Shown: positions 24,116 to 31,157 of the stretch, piece after piece
Position numbering within the stretch: position 1 is the stretch's first letter
How the letters are laid out: each line of letters begins with the position of its first letter
IMG/VR virus record: IMGVR_UViG_3300035491_000163
Span: 1-31,157 of that record
Direction: 5' to 3' (one strand)
From: a virus
Taxonomy: Duplodnaviria > Caudoviricetes
Length of the DNA stretch: 31,157 bases
The notes under the pieces: generated by a model
What the model was told of the DNA's origin: nothing
Seen by the model: only the letters and a program-made list of their open reading frames with translations
Databases searched by the model: none
Program-made: the position numbers and the translations under genes

Positions 24116-24726
24116 CCTGTTGCAATAACGATTACCGGGTTGACCTGTGCGTGGCCCAGGGCAAGACATTTCAGCGCGTGCTGCGCTGGGGGCGCGAGCC
24201 GTACCAGTACCGCACAGTCGAAGCCGTTACCCGCGACGGGGCGCTCCGGCTGAAGTCGACGGCCCACGGTATTCCTGATGGTTGGATGGTCGCCTTGAAC
24301 GGTTTGCGCGGCATGCCGGAACTCAACGCCCGGAATCAGCCGCCGTCACGCGGGGATCTGTACAAGGCCACACTGATTGATGCGGACACCATTGAGCTGA
24401 ACGAAATCAGCGGCGCGCGTTATGGCGCATGGCGCGGTGGTGGCGACATCCAGTTTCTGTCGCCAGTGAATGTGACGGGCATGTCTGCGCGCATGGATAT
24501 CCGCAGTCATCGCGGTGACCTGCTTTTCCGGGCTGAGCCTGGGGACGGCAGATTGACGGTCGACGCAGCGCTACACGGCGTTGTTATGCGCCTACCACAG
24601 ACCGACACCAGCGCGTTCGATTGGGCGTGTGGCGTTTACGAAATCGAAATATCCGACGGCACGGATGTCTTCATGCTCGCGTTCGGCGAGATAACAGTGA
24701 AAAAAGAGGTGACTATCGATGGCTAA
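24112..24726 (+). CDS. Tail-appendage adaptor-like structural protein (204 aa; start ATG 24112)
   Basis: GGAG RBS; QGKTF...PVNVTGMSARMDIR...GVYEIEI...GEITVKKEVT pattern of Ig-like/BppU-like tail proteins. Confidence 0.6.
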   Translation: MTCCNNDYRVDLCVAQGKTFQRVLRWGREPYQYRTVEAVTRDGALRLKSTAHGIPDGWMVALNGLRGMPELNARNQPPSRGDLYKATLIDADTIELNEISGARYGAWRGGGDIQFLSPVNVTGMSARMDIRSHRGDLLFRAEPGDGRLTVDAALHGVVMRLPQTDTSAFDWACGVYEIEISDGTDVFMLAFGEITVKKEVTIDG

Positions 24727-25114
24727 CAGCCTGTACAACAAAGCGCGCCAGGCGTTTATGAGTGGCGGCATTGACCTGACTGCCAACGACATCAAGGCCG
24801 TGCTGGTGGATGCTGACTATGTGTTTGATGCCGCGCATGAGTTTCTGACGAGCGTTAGCGCTGATGCGGTGGCGACCAGCGCCAACCTGACCAACAAGAG
24901 CGTTACCAATGGCGTGTTCGATGCTGACGACCTGATTTTCGCCGGCCTTACTGGATCGCCAGCAACGTCTCTGGTGCTGTATCAGGATACCGGCACCCCG
25001 AGCACCAGCCGGCTGATCCTCTACATTGACGAGGGCACTTTCCCGATCACACCCAACGGTGGCGACCAAACTATCGTGTGGTCTGATGGCGCGAACAAGA
25101 TCTTCCGCCTGTAA
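24719..25114 (+). CDS. Small conserved tail structural protein (131 aa)
   Basis: GAGG RBS; MAN.LY...IDL...IKAVLVD...GVFDADD...LILYID...PITPNGGD..IVW..GANKIF pattern common in phage minor tail proteins. Confidence 0.7.
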   Translation: MANSLYNKARQAFMSGGIDLTANDIKAVLVDADYVFDAAHEFLTSVSADAVATSANLTNKSVTNGVFDADDLIFAGLTGSPATSLVLYQDTGTPSTSRLILYIDEGTFPITPNGGDQTIVWSDGANKIFRL

Positions 25115-25117
25115 CCG

Positions 25118-27865
25118 GTGCCGGCCATGGACACGTTTTACAACCGAGTAGGCTACACGGTTCGGCCGGCGCTCATTGATGGCGGCGTGCTAGACATTCC
25201 GCCGCTCGATATCAACCCGATGGTTCCATCAAGCTGGTCGGCGTTTGGGCTGGCTTATAGCGATGACGGGCGATATCTCGCTCAAGTGCATCGAACAGGT
25301 GCGTCACCTTACGACATCAGGGTGCTGGTGTTTGACCGAGTAACGCGCGAGTGGAAGAACGTCTGGCAGGACGGATTGCTCGCAAACAAGGGGCAGACCC
25401 GTATCAAATGCTGCTTTCGTGCCGCTTCATACGAGCTGCTTATCACTGGCTCAGCTACAGACGTAGGCGCCGTCAATGTCCAGACTGGAGCGATTGTTGT
25501 TGCCGGCTTGAATATTGGCTACGCCACGCCACGCCAGGGTGGCGGCACTGCCAACTATCCGGGAACCATGGACGATGGACTCATCAAGGCGATGGATTCC
25601 ACCTACATGCTGATCCAGACGATCAATCCTTATATGTTCGTTGTGGATACCTCGACATGGACAATGGTGTCAGTATCGCCAAGCGTCGGAACCACTATCG
25701 CCGGTGCAGACTACGACCCTGTTTCCGACCGCGTTGCCATTGTCTACTCTGGTACGCTTAGAATGTTCGATGTCAGCAATCGACTTGCCTGGGTAGAAGA
25801 AACCGGAATGCCAGCCCTGACATGGACAACTGCGGAGCAATGTCTGTGGTCGCCAGATGGCGAATTTCTGGCAGTAAGTTACGGCGGATTCGGTAGCGGT
25901 AATAGGCTCGATATCTGGGACGTAAGCACTTGGACAAAGGTGTCGACGCGCAACTATGCCGTCATACTCGATCAGATCGCCTGGCTCACCGCGCGGCGCC
26001 TGCTTGTTAAACCATCAGGCGCTGCTCCCGAGATTATCGACGGCGCGGTCAGCTGGATCAGCCTCGTTACCATTCAGCCTAACCTGAACTTTACCTGGGA
26101 GTCTGGCGCATCAAGGATTGCCGTCGCGCCGGGCGGCGAAGAGGTCGCGTTTTGTCCTTTTGATAGCAACCTGATATCAACTCCTGCTATCTTGAAGGCG
26201 AATGGCACTTCGCTTTATGAGCTGTCAGGGGATGCGGATTGGAACCCCATTATTGCGTCAGTACCCCAGACAGGGACAACAACTGGCTCTGTAAAGGTCA
26301 GTCCTGATGGGCGCTGGATGGCGATAGCTACCAATTCCGCGACCGGCGAAAAGTTTGCAGTGTGGGATCTACGGGATCGCCGAAAATACAGGCCGTTCAA
26401 GCCTGCAGACGAAGGCAGCACTTCTGCGCGCGCGGTTTATGCGGATTTTTCGCTGGATAGCCAGTTCGTCGCCCTCGTATACAAGAGCCCTAGCGGAAAT
26501 ACTGAGCTGCACGTCTTCAACGTAAACGACTGGTCAGTCGCTTACACTGAAACATTCCAAAGCGGCGTAAGCACCATTGGGAAGCCGCTGGGCGTCGCGT
26601 TCTCGAGAACGCACATGATCCTGCTTAGCGACACGTCCAGCGCACCGCTTAACAATAACCGCGTCCACTTTATTGCGCTCGGGACATGGGTATACGAGTC
26701 GCCTGCGTCCTACATCGATGAGGCGATTGGGAACTTCTATGATGCCGATATCAGTCCTGACGGAAGGCTCCTGGCTATAGGCTGGAGCGACGGGCTGTGG
26801 GTGATCGATCTGGATACCTTTGCGCTGACAACGAGCGGCTTAATGCCTGCATTTGACGACTTGACCGGAATCTACATAACAAGGGTCAAGTTCTCGCCGG
26901 ATATGGAAACACTGGCATTCTTTCACTCAAGCACATCCTCGGCGAAATTGCGCTTTATGCGGGTGAGCGACTGGTCAACCATAGGTGATGGAATAAGCGG
27001 TATCGCTATTCGTTCAATCGGATTCACCAGTGACAGCCGTTACTTTATCGGCACCACAAAGGCTGGACTGCGCTACGTCGTGGACATGGACACCATGACC
27101 GAAGTTCCGCAGCCTGCATCACCCGACAACGCCGGTGTATTCATGGGCTTTGCGCGCGGCAAGGGTGAGCGCTGGCAGGTTCGCGCCGTTGTTCGCAGCG
27201 GAGGTGAGGCGGTTGTGCGCGAGGTGCGCATGATTGGCCCGACAGGCACCGTCGTCGCCACTGAAACGAGCGACCCTTACTATGGCCTTGTTCGATTCCC
27301 TGACATGGGCGCGGAGCATCGGTTTGGTTTCACCCTTGCCGCAGTCGATCCGGCAGACCCTGAGAATCAGGCGCTTTGGTGGACAGCAGAGATTCCGGGC
27401 AATGTGCCGCTGCCCGAGCTGGTGCTTTCTCCATCCACTGAGTCGTTCGATTGGGCTACCGACCTGCCGCACAAGCTGTTCACCCCGGAATGTATGTGGC
27501 GTGATCGCCCAGGCGTGGACACGGCCGGTCTGCGCACGGAAAGGCTGATTGGTGGCGCGGAGCCTGATGATAGCAATGCGGCTTTGTTCAAGTCGGCAGC
27601 AGAGCTCAAGGTAAAGCTAAAGCCGGAAGGCGGTTACAGCGCTCCAGATGCCTCTACGCCGAAGCGGATCAGCGTCCGAGCATCTGCCGACAACCCCAGC
27701 ACGGCTGTCACGGTGAAGCTGTGGCAGGGCAGCACCATGATTGCCGAGTGGGTGCAGGCAACCTGGCCAAGCACGCCGACCACGCTGCACTTTGAACTGA
27801 CCGAGGCCCAGCGCGCTGCCGTGACCGATTGGGATGATATTTCTGTGACCGTGGGGGCGCAGTAA
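25118..27865 (+). CDS. WD40/YVTN-like beta-propeller protein, putative receptor-binding appendage (915 aa; start GTG 25118 or ATG 25127)
   Basis: Blade motifs YSDDGRYLA, WSPDGEFLAV, VSPDGRWMAI, FSLDSQFVAL, ISPDGRLLAI, FSPDMETLAF, FTSDSRYFI. Confidence 0.7.
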   Translation: MPAMDTFYNRVGYTVRPALIDGGVLDIPPLDINPMVPSSWSAFGLAYSDDGRYLAQVHRTGASPYDIRVLVFDRVTREWKNVWQDGLLANKGQTRIKCCFRAASYELLITGSATDVGAVNVQTGAIVVAGLNIGYATPRQGGGTANYPGTMDDGLIKAMDSTYMLIQTINPYMFVVDTSTWTMVSVSPSVGTTIAGADYDPVSDRVAIVYSGTLRMFDVSNRLAWVEETGMPALTWTTAEQCLWSPDGEFLAVSYGGFGSGNRLDIWDVSTWTKVSTRNYAVILDQIAWLTARRLLVKPSGAAPEIIDGAVSWISLVTIQPNLNFTWESGASRIAVAPGGEEVAFCPFDSNLISTPAILKANGTSLYELSGDADWNPIIASVPQTGTTTGSVKVSPDGRWMAIATNSATGEKFAVWDLRDRRKYRPFKPADEGSTSARAVYADFSLDSQFVALVYKSPSGNTELHVFNVNDWSVAYTETFQSGVSTIGKPLGVAFSRTHMILLSDTSSAPLNNNRVHFIALGTWVYESPASYIDEAIGNFYDADISPDGRLLAIGWSDGLWVIDLDTFALTTSGLMPAFDDLTGIYITRVKFSPDMETLAFFHSSTSSAKLRFMRVSDWSTIGDGISGIAIRSIGFTSDSRYFIGTTKAGLRYVVDMDTMTEVPQPASPDNAGVFMGFARGKGERWQVRAVVRSGGEAVVREVRMIGPTGTVVATETSDPYYGLVRFPDMGAEHRFGFTLAAVDPADPENQALWWTAEIPGNVPLPELVLSPSTESFDWATDLPHKLFTPECMWRDRPGVDTAGLRTERLIGGAEPDDSNAALFKSAAELKVKLKPEGGYSAPDASTPKRISVRASADNPSTAVTVKLWQGSTMIAEWVQATWPSTPTTLHFELTEAQRAAVTDWDDISVTVGAQ

Positions 27866-29607
27866 TGGCAACACGGCTGGCGCCAGACCAGATCATCGAG
27901 ACATCAGGACTCACTGCAGGCATCCTGTCATACATCATTGACGACCCAACCAGTCCTGACGGGTTCTGGCTTGCGGCGTCCGCCAACGATTCCGCTACGG
28001 TGGTACGAGTTGGGTTCTCTCCGACACTGGCGCCGAAGGCTGGTGCCGGCCTGCAGGTAATGCGCGCATGGGTCAGGAAGTTTGGTGGAAGCGGTGACGT
28101 TACCTGCACCCCTCAGCTCTATGAAAACGGAGTGCTCGTCCGCTCTGGCACTGCTGTTGCGGTAACAAGCACATCTGGCCAGCTGATTACGTTTCCGTTC
28201 AATGCCAGCGAGATTGGCACCTATGCGAACACCGAGTTTCGCTTACAGACAACGCCGGCCGGCGGCAGCCCATCGAAAAGGGCGACTGTTGAGTTTGGTG
28301 CGATAGACTGGCTTTTCACGCCAGACCAGATCCCAAACCCGATGCTGGGCACGGCATCTACATTTTCCGCAAGCCCTATCAGCAAGCTGGTAGCGCCGAT
28401 CAGCGTTGATATTGCACCAACCGCATCCGCCGCCCAGGTTTCTCCGGTATCAACAGCGCTTGGGTTCCGCCTCTACTGGCTTGGTCTTGATGCTGATTTC
28501 CAGCAGGCATCTGGCGAGCAGATCGATGTTACAAGCCTTGACTCGTCTTTTGCATCCAGCCCCATTGGCGTCTCTGCGGCAACCGCAATAACGGGCCTTG
28601 CGTCATCCTTGTTGGCGCCCGGAATAAGCGTTTCGGCAGTAAGCGCTGCGCTCGATACCGGAAGCACGGCGGCTATCTCTTCGGTCGTCGTTTCTGCCGC
28701 TCTGCCGGCAGCCAGCACTGAGTCGTCGTTCGCATCAGATCCTGCATCTTCTAAGGCGACTGTGGCGCTGGCGCCCTCTGCCTCGTCGCTGCTCGTGTCG
28801 CCCATTCGCTCTGCTGCAACCAGCCGCATCGAAGGGACAGACCAAACGGCAGGCGCGTCAGCGGTTAGCGTGACTGGTGCATCGCCTGTTCTCGGCACGG
28901 CGTCCACCTTTGCTTCTGGCCCGATTGAGCAGCCAGGTGGCGCGGCGCTGGCCGAAACGCCGTCAACCTTTGCGTCTGCTGCCGTTTCCGTTATGGCGCT
29001 GGCGTCGGTGGCTGGGATTGCGACAAGCGCCTCAGTGGGCGCCGTTGGCGTCATCGGCGCGACCAGCCTGAATGGAGCCGCAAGCCAGTTTGCCGGTGAG
29101 CCTATTGGTTCGCGTTCGACTGCATCACTGGTATCGGTCACAAGCGGGGCGGCGGTATCACCCGTAACCGTTGCAACTCCCCCGGTCACCCTGGCCGGCA
29201 CCAGCAGCCAGTTCGCTGCCAGCGCACTGACACTGCGCTCAGTGAATCGCGCCGGCGAAGCGGAAAGCACCTTTGCTGCAGGCGATATTGCTGCGGTAGC
29301 GCGTATCGATGTCGCTGGCACCGCCGATCGGTATGGCGCATCGCCGATCAATAACGTATCGCGCATTGCCGTGCTCAGCCTTGCGTCTGGATTCATTGCG
29401 CCTCGCCTCGCAGCGCAAGACCTGGTTGTCGATGTTGCTGGCACCCCTGCCGGCTTCGCTGGAGGCTTTGTTGTGACCAGGCTGACAAGGCCCGCATCAG
29501 AGGTGTTTGTTGGGCTGGGCGAAACCAGCGGGGCCGAGAGAGTGGACGAGGATCGCGCTGCTGCGGCTATCGTCAGCGCAAATGCTCCCAGGGGGCTGGT
29601 GGCGTAA
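27865..29607 (+). CDS. Ser/Ala/Thr-rich repeat fibre-like protein (580 aa)
   Basis: TAATG overlap; N-terminal globular domain then ~20-22-aa degenerate repeats (GTASTFSASPI, GTASTFASGPI, GAASQFAGEPI, GTSSQFAASAL). Confidence 0.65.
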   Translation: MATRLAPDQIIETSGLTAGILSYIIDDPTSPDGFWLAASANDSATVVRVGFSPTLAPKAGAGLQVMRAWVRKFGGSGDVTCTPQLYENGVLVRSGTAVAVTSTSGQLITFPFNASEIGTYANTEFRLQTTPAGGSPSKRATVEFGAIDWLFTPDQIPNPMLGTASTFSASPISKLVAPISVDIAPTASAAQVSPVSTALGFRLYWLGLDADFQQASGEQIDVTSLDSSFASSPIGVSAATAITGLASSLLAPGISVSAVSAALDTGSTAAISSVVVSAALPAASTESSFASDPASSKATVALAPSASSLLVSPIRSAATSRIEGTDQTAGASAVSVTGASPVLGTASTFASGPIEQPGGAALAETPSTFASAAVSVMALASVAGIATSASVGAVGVIGATSLNGAASQFAGEPIGSRSTASLVSVTSGAAVSPVTVATPPVTLAGTSSQFAASALTLRSVNRAGEAESTFAAGDIAAVARIDVAGTADRYGASPINNVSRIAVLSLASGFIAPRLAAQDLVVDVAGTPAGFAGGFVVTRLTRPASEVFVGLGETSGAERVDEDRAAAAIVSANAPRGLVA

Positions 29608-29622
29608 GCCGAGAGCGGGCCG

Positions 29623-30867
29623 CTACGCCTTCAGCACCCTGACACTAAACGCCTCTACCTGCTCCGGCGTCATGCCGTCCTCCAGCGCCTGCAGATAGTC
29701 TGCATACCACTGCATCATAACGGCGCGCTTTTCAAAGTAGGCCGCCTTGTCGTAGACGGCGCGCAGGCCGACCTTCTTGTGAGCCAACTGCATATCCGTC
29801 CACGCTTCTGGCCAGCCATGCTCGGTAAGGATGGTGGTACAGGTGTGGCGCGAGCCGTGGCCAGTCATTCTGCGCTTGTAGCCGGCCTGCGCGAACACTT
29901 TGTTTATGGTGCCGTCAGACATTACTTCAGACTTCGGGCCTTCAGAGGGGAATAGGTATCTGGATCTGCCGGTTTGCCGCCGAAGCTCCAGCAGATCGGA
30001 AACCACCTGGTCAGAGAGCGGGACGAGGTGATCGCGCCCCATCTTCATCTTCCTGCCCGGAACCGACCACAGCTTTGCATCGAGGTCGATTTCGGACCAC
30101 TCAGCAAACCTGACCATGCCAGGGCGAGAGGCAGTGCGCAGCACCATCCATGCTGCAGTGCGGGCTGGCAGCTTGCATGGGGTGTGTCGCAGGGCGCGCA
30201 GAAAGTCTGGAAGCTCGGGCTCCAGCAGGTGTGGAAACTGGTTTTCCCCGGGCGCCTTTTCGGCAATGTCCACGAGGTTGCTGGCCGGGTTGTTCTCGCA
30301 CCACTCATTTGCGATGGCCATGCCGAATATGTGCCCGAGCCACGAGCGGACCTTCTCCGACGTGTTATGCGCGCCGCGGCGCTCTATCGACTTCTGCAGT
30401 TCCGCGCACTGGCGGCGGGTCACGACATCGATAGGGGTTTGGCCCAGCGCCGGGAGGATGTCGTTGTCCAGGGCAAGGCGCATTCCTTTCAGAGTTTTTG
30501 GTGCGCGGCCATCACGCTCGCGCTTTTCGTACCAGAGCTCGGCGACTTCGCGGAACAGCGGGGCGGTGGGCGCGGCGACGGCAGGGGCGGACGGGTCGAT
30601 GCCGCGATCAAGCATGTCGGCAAAGTCTAAGGCCCTGCTGCGGGCGCCTTTGGCACTGACATCGGGGTATGAGCCAAGGCCAAGCCATGACCACTTGCCG
30701 GTGCTCGGCTTCTTGTATCGCCACTCCCAGCGCTTGCGGCCAGATGGGTTGACGACGAAGTAGATGCGGTCGACGCCGTAGCTTTCTCGATACTCCCTGG
30801 GTTCCGACTCAAGGGATGCAAGTACAGTGTCGGCGAGCGGGCGGCGCTTAATGTCCTGTCGTTTCAT
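29623..30867 (-). CDS. int: P4-like tyrosine integrase with N-terminal arm-binding domain (414 aa)
   Basis: GRKRWEWRY...LGLGSYPDVS arm domain; catalytic R (ASRPG), K (RKMK), HGSR, LAH, Y (AVYD). Confidence 0.95.
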   Translation of the reverse strand: MKRQDIKRRPLADTVLASLESEPREYRESYGVDRIYFVVNPSGRKRWEWRYKKPSTGKWSWLGLGSYPDVSAKGARSRALDFADMLDRGIDPSAPAVAAPTAPLFREVAELWYEKRERDGRAPKTLKGMRLALDNDILPALGQTPIDVVTRRQCAELQKSIERRGAHNTSEKVRSWLGHIFGMAIANEWCENNPASNLVDIAEKAPGENQFPHLLEPELPDFLRALRHTPCKLPARTAAWMVLRTASRPGMVRFAEWSEIDLDAKLWSVPGRKMKMGRDHLVPLSDQVVSDLLELRRQTGRSRYLFPSEGPKSEVMSDGTINKVFAQAGYKRRMTGHGSRHTCTTILTEHGWPEAWTDMQLAHKKVGLRAVYDKAAYFEKRAVMMQWYADYLQALEDGMTPEQVEAFSVRVLKA

Positions 30868-30875
30868 GGCTTCCG

Positions 30876-30922
30876 TGTATGGTGACGGCCTTGGGAGCGA
30901 GCACCATACAACACGCCATACA
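30876..30922. repeat. Putative integrase arm-type binding sites
   Basis: CCATACA at 30904 and 30916 (direct) plus inverted TGTATGG at 30876; TGTATGGTG/CACCATACA is a perfect 9-bp inverted pair. Confidence 0.65.
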
Positions 30923-31037
30923 TCAAGGGCAATTGTAAGCAGGGGTTTGTAGGGGCAACCAAGGGTAATGAAAAGCCGCTGTTATGGGGGGTGTGGGTGT
31001 TTTTGTAGGTAACCAGGGGGAGTCAAAGACAAGGGGT

Positions 31038-31111
31038 TGGAGCGGGTGAAGGGAATCGAACCCTCGTATGCAGCTTGGGAAGCTGCCGTTCTACCATTGA
31101 ACTACACCCGC
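31038..31111 (-). tRNA. tRNA-Gly (anticodon CCC), prophage integration site
   Basis: GCGGGTGTAGTTCAATGGTAGAACGGCAGCTTCCCAAGCTGCATACGAGGGTTCGATTCCCTTCACCCGCTCCA; 74-nt cloverleaf with encoded CCA. Confidence 0.97.
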
Positions 31112-31157
31112 GCAGGCGTCTTTTTACCAGAGTCGCCTGCATCAGGGAAGGGGCTCA

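Larger units (their letters stand above)
1..31037. mobile_element. Integrated temperate prophage, podovirus-type late region and right end; left part lies outside the window
   Basis: Contiguous co-oriented virion genes, Arc/antirepressor module, giant internal-virion-type protein, and a tyrosine integrase abutting a tRNA 3' end. No tape measure or sheath gene seen. Boundary approximate. Confidence 0.93.

Noticed and set aside
28473-29444. 323-aa minus-strand Ala/Thr-rich ORF
   Set aside because: Mirror of the Ser/Ala repeat gene, whose codons rarely create antisense stops.
24032-29607. Diversity-generating retroelement or invertible tail cassette
   Set aside because: No reverse transcriptase, invertase, TR/VR pair or flanking inverted repeats seen in the window.
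1-29607. Lysis cassette
   Set aside because: No holin, endolysin or spanin-like ORF recognised; presumably outside the window.
29974-30763. Plus-strand ORFs of 218 and 215 aa over the integrase
   Set aside because: Antisense to an intact integrase; no independent coding signals.

Overview
The window is the late-gene half and right end of a temperate, podovirus-type prophage in a GC-rich host (codon usage and tRNA suggest a pseudomonad; inference). It is integrated at the 3' end of a tRNA-Gly(CCC) gene (31038-31111, minus strand) next to a P4-like tyrosine integrase. From left to right: end of the major capsid gene, head-completion, tail and ejection-type genes, a P22 immI-like module (mnt-like, arc, probable sar-like antisense RNA, BRO antirepressor), another ejection-type protein, and a moron cluster (four-cysteine exported protein, hicB-hicA, a second exported protein). 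Next come a ~2,700-aa polyvalent protein, a tail-appendage module with a large WD40-like propeller protein, the integrase and the att region. Most interesting, all read by eye and untested: (1) an antisense, promoter-bearing, tRNA-shaped ~110-nt RNA candidate inside the giant gene, directly behind a putative PBECR-type RNase domain; (2) a nested +1-frame ORF in the same gene that reuses its translation-initiation sequence; (3) a three-copy promoter motif (TTG..-16 nt-AGTCACA-TAGssT) whose -10 region can pair with the downstream RBS/ATG; (4) an exported moron protein whose C-terminus mimics the tandem PFxG motifs at the N-terminus of the giant protein.
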